Shown: in pieces, positions 47,161 to 57,542 of the stretch
Position numbering within the stretch: position 1 is the first letter of the stretch
Layout: every line of letters starts with the position of its first letter
Origin: Candidatus Uhrbacteria bacterium
GTDB taxonomy: Bacteria; Patescibacteriota; Patescibacteriia; UBA9934; GWF2-40-263
Assembly: GCA_026395055.1 (NCBI GenBank)
Contig: JAPLZK010000003.1
Span: forward strand, 278,379-342,378
Reading direction: 5' to 3'
Length of the DNA: 64,000 bases
Notes under the pieces: model-generated
Database searches by the model: none
The model's input: the letters and a program-made list of their open reading frames with translations, nothing else
What the model was told of the DNA's origin: nothing
Position numbers and translations under genes: made by a program

Positions 47161-47951
47161 TTAAGTAAATTCTGACACGTCGTCGTAAATGTAACTTTTT
47201 CACCTGCCTGTAATCTTCCGAGTCTATACGACGTGAGTGGAAGAAATCGGTACCATTGCTTACGCATCCATGACCACGACGTTTTCTTTTCTCCCCGATA
47301 GAGAAGAAAACGTTTTAATCCAACCGCAAGAAGAAGTGCGTTAAAAAAAGACGGAATCGCTTTGTTGTAAAAAGAATAATTTAGTTTTGTGATAATCCGT
47401 TCGTCTGAACTTGGAAGAAAACGAATATGTGCGATCCAACTCCCGGGTTCATCTCGTACGTAAAGGTATGGAGTAAAGGAAGCAGGTGACTCGAATGCGC
47501 TTACACGAATCGTTATATTCCCATCCGGCCCAACGAATTGAATTGTATCATGCGTGCCTTCGAGCGGAAATTGATAATAAATATTTTGATCTTGATGCTC
47601 AATCCGTCGTCCATGAATGATCGCAAAATCAAACCACTCTTTCGGAAACACATACCGAGAGACAAAGTCTAGAAGATGTGTTTCTTTCTGTGCTTCGAAT
47701 TCATGTGTGCGCACGACTCCTTCCATCGAGTCTTGTTCATTTATCGTTAAAACACCTTCCCCATCTGTTAAATGAATTCTCTGTTTCAACAGCAACGTTG
47801 ATTCACCTTGCTCATGAGCCAACGTTTCTTGTGAAAGATACTGACTCTTTCCCGTCAATGTAAAAAAAGAACGTGAATCGGCGAATTCAATTCCCCATAA
47901 GCTCCGCACTGATGAGAATGCATTCGGTTGTGTAAAATCTGTTTTCGACAT
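47157..47951 (-). CDS. Hypothetical protein in glycan locus
   Basis: ORF only. No motif recognised. Confidence 0.45.
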   Translation of the reverse strand: MSKTDFTQPNAFSSVRSLWGIEFADSRSFFTLTGKSQYLSQETLAHEQGESTLLLKQRIHLTDGEGVLTINEQDSMEGVVRTHEFEAQKETHLLDFVSRYVFPKEWFDFAIIHGRRIEHQDQNIYYQFPLEGTHDTIQFVGPDGNITIRVSAFESPASFTPYLYVRDEPGSWIAHIRFLPSSDERIITKLNYSFYNKAIPSFFNALLLAVGLKRFLLYRGEKKTSWSWMRKQWYRFLPLTSYRLGRLQAGEKVTFTTTCQNLLK

Positions 47952-47968
47952 ATTCTGTAGATAATCTT

Positions 47969-49069
47969 ATGCAAATTCTCCACGTCAATAAATATTTTCC
48001 CCCATGGATCGGAGGGATTGAAACAATTGTATCGGAAATAACAGAATTCTTACAGGATGATACACACGTAAATCACGTTCTTGTTTGCCAAGGTTCACAC
48101 GCAACAACAAGCACAGAAACCATTCAAGGGGTAAACGTCATTCGCGTAAAAACGTGGGGATCACTTTTTAGCATGCCTCTTTCCTTTGAGTTCTTCTCTC
48201 GATTCAAAAAAGAAATGCAAACGACAGATGTCGTTTTACTCCATCATCCATTCCCTCTTGGTTTTCTTGCCGCGGCCCTCTTCGCAAAGAAAAAACGAAT
48301 CGTTGTTTTTTATCATGCAGATATTGTGAGACAAAAATGGGTCGCAACACTCCTCGCTCCATTATTTCACCTTATCTTCGCCCGCGCGTCCGACATCATC
48401 GTCACAAGCAATCGCGTCAAAGAATTTTCTCCACACCTTCGAGCATATCAATCAAAATGCAAAACGATTCCTCTTTGGATTCACGAAACGGACTTTGACC
48501 TGACGTCACAAAACAAACAGATGGCAGATGAAATCAGAACAACATACGGACAACCGCTTGTTTTAAGCGTTGGCCGACTTGTTTCCTATAAGGGCTACGA
48601 CATCTTCATGGATGCCATGAAAGATATTTCTGTGCATGCGCTTATTATTGGAACTGGGCCCCTCAAACAAGAACTTTTAGAACACATTCGTAAAAACAAT
48701 CTTGCATCACGCATTACAATCCTTGATCCTGTTCAAAATCTTGCTCCGTATTATTACGCAGCTACTCTGTTCGTTCTCCCATCCATCACGCACGCAGAAG
48801 CGTTTGGGATTGTTCAGTTGGAAGCAATGTATTGTGGTTGCCCCGTTGTGAATACCGCACTTAAAACAGGCGTTCCCGAAGTGAGCTTAGATCAAATCAC
48901 AGGATTAACCGTTCCTCCAAATGATTCTGCCGCACTTGCACAAGCGATAAACACCATTCTTTCAAATCAAGAAATGCGCGCGAAATTTTCCGAACGAGCT
49001 CACGAACGAGTCTTAAAGATCTTTTCTCAAGAAAACGCCCGCACAAAGATCAGACAAATTTTTTCTTAG
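47969..49069 (+). CDS. Glycosyltransferase family 4
   Basis: MQILHVNKYFPPWIGGIE... C-terminal AEAFGIVQLEAMYCGCPVV. Confidence 0.8.
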   Translation: MQILHVNKYFPPWIGGIETIVSEITEFLQDDTHVNHVLVCQGSHATTSTETIQGVNVIRVKTWGSLFSMPLSFEFFSRFKKEMQTTDVVLLHHPFPLGFLAAALFAKKKRIVVFYHADIVRQKWVATLLAPLFHLIFARASDIIVTSNRVKEFSPHLRAYQSKCKTIPLWIHETDFDLTSQNKQMADEIRTTYGQPLVLSVGRLVSYKGYDIFMDAMKDISVHALIIGTGPLKQELLEHIRKNNLASRITILDPVQNLAPYYYAATLFVLPSITHAEAFGIVQLEAMYCGCPVVNTALKTGVPEVSLDQITGLTVPPNDSAALAQAINTILSNQEMRAKFSERAHERVLKIFSQENARTKIRQIFS

Positions 49070-49074
49070 AGTGA

Positions 49075-49938
49075 TTATTCAAATCTAGAACGAAGATTTC
49101 GGACGAGTGTGTAGCCCATGGATAATCTCGCTTTGAATCTATATATGGTCGTCGTCGGATCAATACGTTTCAGATAAGATCGACTCGATTGAACCGTGTT
49201 CATCCCAGGTACGGTTGAGAGAACACAGGTAAATCCAGATTGCTTTGCAAGTTCAACTAACCCTTCATTAAAATCTTTTTTTGAACCGAACGGAAAGGCA
49301 AATGTATGAATTGGACGATGAAGTCGCTTTTCCAATGCTGATTTTGATTCCATCATTTCCTGGCGAGCTTGTTCCAAATCAACCTGACTCATGCGTGGAT
49401 GTGTAACCGTATGTGCCCCAAAATGACACAAAGGGTTTTGCGCCATTTCTTCTATCTGTTTCCATGACATGGTTGATTGTTCCGGAAACATGGCATCCTG
49501 ACATTCGGCTGACATTGCACGCGTATGTTCGATAAAACCTGTTGTGATATTGAACGTTGCAGGAATTTGATAACGAACAAGAAGAGGAAATGCAACGGTA
49601 TAATTATCTTCATAGCCATCATCAAAAGAAATCGCCACGAATCGACGACCATTTTTTTTAGGCAACACATGAAATCCTTCTGTTATTGCTTGCGCAAGTA
49701 CATCGAGAGAAATGGAGTGATAGTGTTTTTGAAGATACGCCAACTGTTTTTCAAAAACAGCTGGATGAATGGTTAAATCAGGTCTGGCAACAGGATGTAC
49801 CCCAACACTGTGATACGTCAAAATGAGAACAGATTCTGCGCCACGTTCAAAAAACACTCGACTGATCCAGTCTGTAAAAACAGGAAAGGAAAGAAGATCG
49901 AAGAGAAAAGAGAGAATTCCTTTTATTTTTTTCATCAT
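49075..49938 (-). CDS. Polysaccharide deacetylase (NodB/CE4)
   Basis: ILTYHSV...ISFDDGYEDNY...THPRMSQV... Start at MMKKIKG with a TM anchor. Confidence 0.75.
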   Translation of the reverse strand: MMKKIKGILSFLFDLLSFPVFTDWISRVFFERGAESVLILTYHSVGVHPVARPDLTIHPAVFEKQLAYLQKHYHSISLDVLAQAITEGFHVLPKKNGRRFVAISFDDGYEDNYTVAFPLLVRYQIPATFNITTGFIEHTRAMSAECQDAMFPEQSTMSWKQIEEMAQNPLCHFGAHTVTHPRMSQVDLEQARQEMMESKSALEKRLHRPIHTFAFPFGSKKDFNEGLVELAKQSGFTCVLSTVPGMNTVQSSRSYLKRIDPTTTIYRFKARLSMGYTLVRNLRSRFE

Positions 49939-49972
49939 AAACAAGCAAACACTATCATACCCATTTTTTTCC

Positions 49973-51319
49973 ATGTATGATACAAACAATTCTATGTTAT
50001 TTGCCAAAAAAAACCAATTTTTAAATCTTTTCCTTCTCACGATCCCCTCGCTCGTACTTTTTGGGATCAGTCTTAAGCTGACCATGCTGCTCTGGTACCC
50101 ACATGGAGTAAATGAGAAAGATCTCCTCCTCCACATTCAGCTCTTTAGTATCATTGGCCTCACATGGATCGCTCTTTATTATGGGTTTGATGTCCTAGAT
50201 TTGTACACAAATCGTAGACCAAACCAATTCATTCGCGCGCTCATTGGCGTTCACTTTATTGGACTCATCGTCGCCATCGTCTTTTTTTATCTTCAACCAA
50301 ACTTCCTCCTGACTCCTAGACGTTTTCTCTTCGTTGATTCTCTGTTTGCTCTTCTTCTCTCTATTGTCTGGCAAATCATCATTCGATCACTCACAAAAAA
50401 TAGTGCTCGCCAACATGTCTATTTAGTAAACATCGAACAAACATACAGCGAACAAAAACAAGAACTCTCAAAACAATTACCCGGCTACAACATCCATTTT
50501 ATTACGGAAAAAGATTTGTTGTCCCTCACGGAGAAAACACACAGATCTCATCAGGAACTTCTTTTTGTTGTTCCAATCAATCCTGTTTTTTCGGCACAAA
50601 CACTGGAACTCTTTGCGCACCTTCACGCACATGGCGCAACATTTGTTCAATTTGATCATTTTTACGAAACACTCTTTCGTCGTGTGCTCACAACAAATTT
50701 AAATGATTGGTGGATGCTTGAGCATATTCAAAGAGACACCATTGGACTGTATCCCATCGTAAAACGCGTTCTTGATATTTTATTTGCGTTACTCATCGCG
50801 ATTCTTTTTTTTCTCACATTCCCCTTTATCGCTCTTCTCATTAAGCTTTCTGATCAAGGAAAAATTTTCTTCACACAAACACGCCTTTCCGTAAACGGCG
50901 CCCCCTTCACCATCTACAAATACCGCACCATGCGCGCAGGCACACCAAATAACACCTGGACCGCAGACCATGACCCTCGGGTAACGTCCGTCGGACGTTT
51001 TCTGCGCACCACACGTTTAGATGAACTTCCTCAATGGATCAATATTCTTCGTGGGGACATGAGTCTTATTGGGCCACGTCCAGAACAAGCCGGCATTGTT
51101 GAACAACTCCGTGAAGAAATTCCCTACTTTGAATCACGTCATGCCATCCGCCCCGGACTCATTGGATGGGCTCAGCTTCATGTGTATGCAGGAACCGCTG
51201 CGGAATCAAAACAAAAATTGCAATATGACCTCTATTATTTGAAACATCGATCTTTTTTGTTTGATGTTGAAATTCTCCTTAAGACCATTGCACACGTTTT
51301 CTTTCTTCAAGGAAAATAG
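49973..51319 (+). CDS. Polyprenyl-phosphate sugar-1-phosphate transferase (WbaP/CpsE-like initiating transferase)
   Basis: Bac_transf domain KYRTMRAG...DELPQWINILRGDMSLIGPRPE. Confidence 0.8.
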   Translation: MYDTNNSMLFAKKNQFLNLFLLTIPSLVLFGISLKLTMLLWYPHGVNEKDLLLHIQLFSIIGLTWIALYYGFDVLDLYTNRRPNQFIRALIGVHFIGLIVAIVFFYLQPNFLLTPRRFLFVDSLFALLLSIVWQIIIRSLTKNSARQHVYLVNIEQTYSEQKQELSKQLPGYNIHFITEKDLLSLTEKTHRSHQELLFVVPINPVFSAQTLELFAHLHAHGATFVQFDHFYETLFRRVLTTNLNDWWMLEHIQRDTIGLYPIVKRVLDILFALLIAILFFLTFPFIALLIKLSDQGKIFFTQTRLSVNGAPFTIYKYRTMRAGTPNNTWTADHDPRVTSVGRFLRTTRLDELPQWINILRGDMSLIGPRPEQAGIVEQLREEIPYFESRHAIRPGLIGWAQLHVYAGTAAESKQKLQYDLYYLKHRSFLFDVEILLKTIAHVFFLQGK

Positions 51320-51333
51320 AACCTTTTTTTCTT

Positions 51334-53535
51334 ATGAACGTACGCACCTCCAAAACATCCATCGTGGAGACCTGTTTTTTTACATTAATCTATACATCTT
51401 TTTTTCTTCCTTTTGTTTATTTCACAAGCGTTTGGAATCCGTTTCAAACTCCAAAGGCATTCTTTTTTTTATTCTTGGTAGAATGTATTTTTCCGTTCTA
51501 CGCCATACTCCTTGTTCAGAATCCTGAACTGCGTCCCTCACGCAAAAACATCTTTCTTATCTCCTTTGTCTGTTTCCTCCTGCTTGATACGATTGCTGCC
51601 GTCTTCGGTAAAGATCCCCTCAATAGTTTTTTTGGAAATGCCGATCGTGTCGATGGATTGATTTTATGGTGGCATCTCCCTTTCTTGTATGCTTATCTTG
51701 ATGTCGCATTTCGTTTACGAACACATGCAAAAGAAACTATTTTGAATTTATTTTTAGGTACCATGGGAGTAACGGCACTCATCGGATGTTTGCAGGCGAT
51801 TCATTTCATTCCACTTTATTCCAATCAATTCAATAACCGTGTTGCTTCCACACTCGGCAATCCTATTTTTTTTGCCGGAACAATCATCATTCCATTTTTT
51901 CTTGCCCTTGATCGATTACGATCTGCGAAAAAAATATCTTGGAAATATCTCTATGGCGTAATTACCCTCCTTTGCTTTGTGGGCATCATCGTTTCACAAA
52001 CACGCGGAGCATTCGTTGGAATCATTCTAGGAGGTATCACATTTGGTCTTTGTCTTTTTTTTCAATCAACACACAAGAAAAAACGATTATTCGGCATTCT
52101 CCTTACACTCGTTTTTATCACGAGCGCCGTATTCGTTTTTGTTGGACGAGATCATGTTCCTAGGAAATCTTCTTTGTATCGTGTGACACATTTTCAAGAC
52201 GAAAGTGCGAGCACACGTCTTGTGTATTGGGATTATGCTCTTCGTGGTTTCTTAAAAGCACCCTGGCTTGGCGTAGGTCATCAGAACTTCTTTACGGTCG
52301 CAGACACGTACTACACATCAAATGCGTTCGCAACCCAAACGGAATGGCCAGACAAACCACATAACGTATTTTTAGAAATACTCGTTACCGGAGGAATCTT
52401 TACATTTCTTTTTTACATACTCCTATTCGCGCTATCAACCAACCTTGCATGGAAATTACATGACCCCAAACAACTACTTTCCTCACCTGCACTCATCGCA
52501 GCGCTTGTTGCTTACGCCGCACAAAACATGTTCACGTTTGAAGTTGTGTCAACACTCTATGCACTTACGGTTTTATTTGCCTTCATGACCATTCATCCGT
52601 TAGATCCAATAAAAAAACAATTTCAAACACCTCCTCATCCGCTTCTCTGGATGACCGCATGCGTCCCCCTTCTTAGTTGTTTCTTGTTTCTCATCCCCAT
52701 GATACAGCAAATGTATTTCGTGGGAATCGCACACACGCAGGCAAGATCAAATTTCCCGTCTGCATTCGCAGCATTAAAACATGTTGCGGACATGCGCACG
52801 ATTTATGACCCATTCTTACTTGCAACAGAATTTGAAAATCTCCTCAGTGTCGCCATTACAATAAATCATGCACCGATAAAAACAATCGAGGAGATTCACG
52901 GGTATACGGCTTCTGCATTTACCCATGCAGTGATTCAACACCCTCTACGCACTTTTTTGCTCACGGAATCCGCAAATGCATCATTCTTTTATGCGGTTGC
53001 GACAAAGACCCCTGTTTCACAAAATGATATCGACATAGCGAAGCAGGCACACGAACGTTCGCCCGGACGCATTGAACCACTCCTCACCCTCGCAAACATC
53101 TTCCAAGTAAACAAGGATCAGGAAACAGCAAATAGCTACGCAATGCAAGCATTACAGACCAACCCAACACAAGCAAAAATACTTTGGAAACTTGCACTTT
53201 TTTACGCTCGAGCAAACGACTTTCAAACAGCGGCACCCCTTGGAATCAAGGCTCTTCAGGCAAACATGTTCACCATATACACCGCAAGCGATCTTGATTG
53301 GCTTATTTTCTATTATCAATCAAGACCAGATGTTGAATCAAAGAAATTAACCGTTTATCTTTTTGAACTCGGATGCAAAATTGAACCAAAGAATCTTCTA
53401 CTCCTCCCAGAATTAGCGACAGCATATGCAAAAAATAATCAAAAAGAAAAAGCGATTGAAACCGCCAATCTTTTAATGCAGAAAGATCCATCAACAACCA
53501 AAGCAGCAACAGCATTTATTCAATCATTGCATTGA
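51334..53535 (+). CDS. O-antigen ligase/Wzy-like polymerase-ligase (Wzy_C) with C-terminal TPR repeats
   Basis: About 11 TM helices, a large loop with SQTRGAFVGIILGG, HNVFLEIL motif, and C-terminal TPR-like helical repeats. Confidence 0.7.
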   Translation: MNVRTSKTSIVETCFFTLIYTSFFLPFVYFTSVWNPFQTPKAFFFLFLVECIFPFYAILLVQNPELRPSRKNIFLISFVCFLLLDTIAAVFGKDPLNSFFGNADRVDGLILWWHLPFLYAYLDVAFRLRTHAKETILNLFLGTMGVTALIGCLQAIHFIPLYSNQFNNRVASTLGNPIFFAGTIIIPFFLALDRLRSAKKISWKYLYGVITLLCFVGIIVSQTRGAFVGIILGGITFGLCLFFQSTHKKKRLFGILLTLVFITSAVFVFVGRDHVPRKSSLYRVTHFQDESASTRLVYWDYALRGFLKAPWLGVGHQNFFTVADTYYTSNAFATQTEWPDKPHNVFLEILVTGGIFTFLFYILLFALSTNLAWKLHDPKQLLSSPALIAALVAYAAQNMFTFEVVSTLYALTVLFAFMTIHPLDPIKKQFQTPPHPLLWMTACVPLLSCFLFLIPMIQQMYFVGIAHTQARSNFPSAFAALKHVADMRTIYDPFLLATEFENLLSVAITINHAPIKTIEEIHGYTASAFTHAVIQHPLRTFLLTESANASFFYAVATKTPVSQNDIDIAKQAHERSPGRIEPLLTLANIFQVNKDQETANSYAMQALQTNPTQAKILWKLALFYARANDFQTAAPLGIKALQANMFTIYTASDLDWLIFYYQSRPDVESKKLTVYLFELGCKIEPKNLLLLPELATAYAKNNQKEKAIETANLLMQKDPSTTKAATAFIQSLH

Positions 53536-54620
53536 TATAGAGCATCATAGGCTCGACATGTGGTCTCTAAAGAGAATTGTTCTTTGATAAATGTGTGAGC
53601 CGCATTTCCAAGTGATGTGGCGAGATCTGGTGCATCTATCAGTTGCTGTAAACACTCTCTCAACTGGTCTATAGAACCGATCGGAAACACAAGGCCTGTT
53701 TGATTTGTTCGCACAACCTCTTCTACCCCATCAAAATTTGAAATTACGACAGGTTTCTTGCAAGCTGCCGCTTCAAGCACCACAAGACATTGCCCTTCCC
53801 ATTTCGTCGAGATAACAACCGTATTACAACGATACAAAAACGGACGAACATCTTGTTGATCTCCCACAAAATAGGTTTGTTGATCAATACCGAGCTCTTT
53901 TGCGAGATTCTCCAGATTATTTCTCAGCTGACCATCACCCACGATAAGCAATGCACAGGACTGTGTGTGACTTGCGCATAATTGCGCAAATGCTCGCAAC
54001 ACCGTTTCAAGATCTTTTGGTGGATGCAACCGGCTTACAACCCCAATCACATAATCACTCTCCAACGGAAACCGAGAGGTTGTTTCGTGCGCAACACCAG
54101 ATTCCCAATACGCCATATCAACTCCATTTGAGATAATTTCTATTTTGTTTGCATCGATTAAACGAAGTTTTAAAATGACTTCTCGATCCTTCGGGCTCAG
54201 ACAGACCAAAACATCCGTCCATCGATGCAAAAAAGATTCGAGACGCAATAAGATGAAACGCGTTACGGGTGATCGGTGTGGCAAATGAAATCCATGTACC
54301 GTGTAAATCATTTTGGGTTTCTGTTTGAGGGTCATGAGAGCTATTCGTACCCAAGCAGCTGCGCGCGTGCCATGCGCATGAATCGCATCTGGCACCTGTT
54401 CCCGAATCGCTTTTCGGATTTCCCAAACAATTCCAATAAACTGTGTTGCTCGAATCACTTGTACAGACATTCCCTTCTGCTGGTACAAATCTAAAAATGG
54501 TCCGGCGGGAGCCATGTGCAAAAATGTGTGTTTTGATATCAAGCCAGATGAAAGATCAAAGGCAACGCGTTGCCCTCCTCCAAAACCGGACCACGAATCA
54601 ACGGTGAGAATTTTTTTCAT
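53520..54620 (-). CDS. Glycosyltransferase family 4
   Basis: MKKILTVDSWSGFGGGQRVAFDL... and a GT-B C-terminal domain. Confidence 0.75.
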   Translation of the reverse strand: MKKILTVDSWSGFGGGQRVAFDLSSGLISKHTFLHMAPAGPFLDLYQQKGMSVQVIRATQFIGIVWEIRKAIREQVPDAIHAHGTRAAAWVRIALMTLKQKPKMIYTVHGFHLPHRSPVTRFILLRLESFLHRWTDVLVCLSPKDREVILKLRLIDANKIEIISNGVDMAYWESGVAHETTSRFPLESDYVIGVVSRLHPPKDLETVLRAFAQLCASHTQSCALLIVGDGQLRNNLENLAKELGIDQQTYFVGDQQDVRPFLYRCNTVVISTKWEGQCLVVLEAAACKKPVVISNFDGVEEVVRTNQTGLVFPIGSIDQLRECLQQLIDAPDLATSLGNAAHTFIKEQFSLETTCRAYDALYQCND

Positions 54621-54632
54621 ACCAACAAGACG

Positions 54633-55529
54633 TCACATCTTGAAAAAACCTTTCATGCCTCGATAGATATTTGGAAACCGTTTTTGAATAACACGCATTG
54701 GATTTTTTAATACACGCAACCAGATGACATACAAAGAACCATACCAGATCGTATGGAAATATCCGAGTCGCATGACAAAATTCTTCCGATCAAATGCCGC
54801 TTCGATGCGTCTTAAGCGAAAAACGTTGCTCAATGCATTATTCATTCCATGCATCGTCGTCATGGCCGATGTAAAGCCCAATTGACGCACACGCTCAGAA
54901 AGTTCTCGATTCACATCAAGCGCGGTTCCAAACGGATACGCAAACGTCGTGATTGGTTTTCCAAGCTGCTGTTCGAGGATCACTTTCGAACGATGTATCT
55001 CTTCCGCCGCCTGATCGATTGGAACATTTGTCAGTCTTGGATGCGACACGGTATGCGCACCAATTTGCACCAGTGGATGTTCAGCCATCTCTTGAATCTC
55101 TTTCCAAGAGAGAAACGTTTCATGATGCATATTTGCATCATCCGGACATCGCATGTTTGGATTCTCTACAAAACCCGTACTCACATAAAAGGTTGCGGGT
55201 AGGTTATATTTTTTTAAAAGTGGAAACGCAAACTGATAATTATCCTGATACCCATCATCGAACGTAATGACCACATAATGTTTTCCCGTTTTCTGTTCGA
55301 GTGCATCAAAGCCATGCACATGGGCTCGCACATACGTCTCAAGAGAGATGACATGATAATCCTTTTTGAGGATGCGTAATTGTTCTTCGAATAAATCAGG
55401 AGATATAACACGTAATCCGCCAGGAGTCGCTGATGGTGCAATGCGGTGATACAACAAAATAGATACCCGTTCATACGCAGAAGAAAGAAGTGAACGAATG
55501 GTTTTTCGAGAACGTAACATGCAAAACAC
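54633..55529 (-). CDS. Polysaccharide deacetylase (second copy)
   Basis: LLYHRIAP...ITFDDGYQDNY...HTVSHPRLT. Paralog of 49075..49938. Confidence 0.75.
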   Translation of the reverse strand: MFCMLRSRKTIRSLLSSAYERVSILLYHRIAPSATPGGLRVISPDLFEEQLRILKKDYHVISLETYVRAHVHGFDALEQKTGKHYVVITFDDGYQDNYQFAFPLLKKYNLPATFYVSTGFVENPNMRCPDDANMHHETFLSWKEIQEMAEHPLVQIGAHTVSHPRLTNVPIDQAAEEIHRSKVILEQQLGKPITTFAYPFGTALDVNRELSERVRQLGFTSAMTTMHGMNNALSNVFRLRRIEAAFDRKNFVMRLGYFHTIWYGSLYVIWLRVLKNPMRVIQKRFPNIYRGMKGFFKM

Positions 55530-55534
55530 TTTCC

Positions 55535-56245
55535 CTAGTTGTGATGACGCACTTTCTTACACCAACACTCGAGTGAATTACAGAGCAAGTTCAAAACAGG
55601 AATCTTTGAAAGGATTCCATCCATTGCGTAAATGGGTTTAGAAAATAAAGAGTAAAGCCGAAAGATTCCATCAGGCAATCCATGAAATGTTTTTGGGAAC
55701 AAATTAAATTTCCAGAATTGTTTGATTCCAAATCCATTATTCTGCAAAACGAGTACCAACTCACGAGCGCTGTATTTACGTGTATGTCCTGATCCACTGA
55801 GATGAGATACAACAAACTCTGTCCACGAAGTTTTCTGTGGAAAGTGAAAAACAAAAAAATGTGCTCCGTAACGCAAGACGCGATTTAATTCAACCACGGA
55901 TTGCTGAATAAACGCCACGTGTTCTAAGACACCACACGACACGACAACATCAAAGGACTCTGTCTCGAACGGCAAACGCACAGCTTCATCGTTTGTAATG
56001 TACGTCACATGACGCAAATTAGGGAAACGCTCAAAATCAAACAAACACGTTTTATTGAATTCATAAACGGTGATGTTTTTATAACCTAGCTCAAACAGAA
56101 TATTTGCGAGCACACCGTCTAACCCTCCCCAATCTAAAATGCGCGCATCAAACGTCTGCCCAGCAGCTACAAGACTTTTGTGAATCTTCTTCGCGATGCG
56201 CATGTAATTCCTGTAGACAACGCTCGCTTCGTGTTTGTATTTCAT
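55535..56245 (-). CDS. Class I SAM-dependent methyltransferase
   Basis: ILDWGGLDGVLANILFELG motif I. Methyltransferase fold. Confidence 0.65.
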   Translation of the reverse strand: MKYKHEASVVYRNYMRIAKKIHKSLVAAGQTFDARILDWGGLDGVLANILFELGYKNITVYEFNKTCLFDFERFPNLRHVTYITNDEAVRLPFETESFDVVVSCGVLEHVAFIQQSVVELNRVLRYGAHFFVFHFPQKTSWTEFVVSHLSGSGHTRKYSARELVLVLQNNGFGIKQFWKFNLFPKTFHGLPDGIFRLYSLFSKPIYAMDGILSKIPVLNLLCNSLECWCKKVRHHN

Positions 56246-56253
56246 AAGAACGA

Positions 56254-57540
56254 TTATCGTTTTATCGCCAACATAATATCCGACACATTCATTCCCGTCA
56301 CACCCGTTTCAAGAAACGACTTTGTCTTCTGAAAAAATTCAAACGAATTATTTTTTGCAAGATATGTCTCTGGTTTTAATCGGAGCGTTTTTGTTTTTTG
56401 TTTTACGAGATCATCTACGAACGCACCGGCAACAGAAGAATGATCAATTCCATCAGACGCACACGAAAGAACGAGTGTTCCCTCCAGAACAGAAGACAAC
56501 GCCCCTAACGCAAACTCTTGATTACGCCCTCCCATTCCTGTTCCGTGAACCTGCACCGTTGTCTCTCCTGCGGCAATCAACACTTCTCCTGGCTTTACGA
56601 GTTCTGCAAACATCTTCCCCTTCTCTCGCGCTTCCCCTTGGAGATCATTAGAATACAACACAGGTTTATACCCAAGCTTTTTTGCCTCCCGCATCATCGC
56701 TGCAGTTGCAATGGCGTTTGAGATGACACACGTGTTTGAAACGTGCTCAAACAACGTTAGATCTTTCGGGGTCTCAATCAAATGACACTGCGACAATTTA
56801 CAGATCGTAAGAACTTGGTACTTTTCCAAAATACGCTTGGCATCCTTTGCGGTTGTTGTATCAAGAAACGTTGGACCGGACGCAACCATACTCAAATCAT
56901 CTCCTGGCACATCCGAAAAAATAAGACCAGCAATAGTGGCGGGGTACGCGAGTCGAACAAATTGCCCGCCTTGAATTTCTGAAATATGTTTTCGCACCGT
57001 ATTCATCTCACGAATTGTTGCTCCTTTTTGCATGAGTGCGCGCGTCATTGCTGTAACGTCATTACATTCAAGTTGGTACGGCCAACAGAGCAAGGCAGAT
57101 CCGCCACCGGAAATAATCGCAATCACAAGATCTTGTGTTCCAACGGCTTTCAACAATCCAACAATCTCACCGGTCGCACGAATATTTTCATAACTCGGAA
57201 ACGGATGCGTGCCTGCAATACTCTTCATGCGTTTCAATTTTCCTTTCTTCACATCAAGGATGATTCCATCTGTAATACGCTCTCCAAGAATCTTTTCGAG
57301 AGCGAACGCTGTTTCAAGAGACGCTTTCCCAATTCCCACAACAAAAATGCGTTTATAGGATTTTAGTTTGTATGTCTTCTCTCCAATCTTCAGAACATCC
57401 TTCTTCAGAGAGACAACGAGATTCACCGCATGTTGTGTTTCAATCGCGCGAAGTCCTGCTTCTACAATTGCTAACGCATCTCGTCGCAGATGTGTTGTTG
57501 CGAGTGCGGAATAATTTTTAAAAAGATGTTTTGACGACAT
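56254..57540 (-). CDS. Glycerate 2-kinase (MOFRL family)
   Basis: DUF4147 plus MOFRL architecture with VVGIGKASLETA and a C-terminal domain. Confidence 0.78.
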   Translation of the reverse strand: MSSKHLFKNYSALATTHLRRDALAIVEAGLRAIETQHAVNLVVSLKKDVLKIGEKTYKLKSYKRIFVVGIGKASLETAFALEKILGERITDGIILDVKKGKLKRMKSIAGTHPFPSYENIRATGEIVGLLKAVGTQDLVIAIISGGGSALLCWPYQLECNDVTAMTRALMQKGATIREMNTVRKHISEIQGGQFVRLAYPATIAGLIFSDVPGDDLSMVASGPTFLDTTTAKDAKRILEKYQVLTICKLSQCHLIETPKDLTLFEHVSNTCVISNAIATAAMMREAKKLGYKPVLYSNDLQGEAREKGKMFAELVKPGEVLIAAGETTVQVHGTGMGGRNQEFALGALSSVLEGTLVLSCASDGIDHSSVAGAFVDDLVKQKTKTLRLKPETYLAKNNSFEFFQKTKSFLETGVTGMNVSDIMLAIKR

Positions 57541-57542
57541 AC

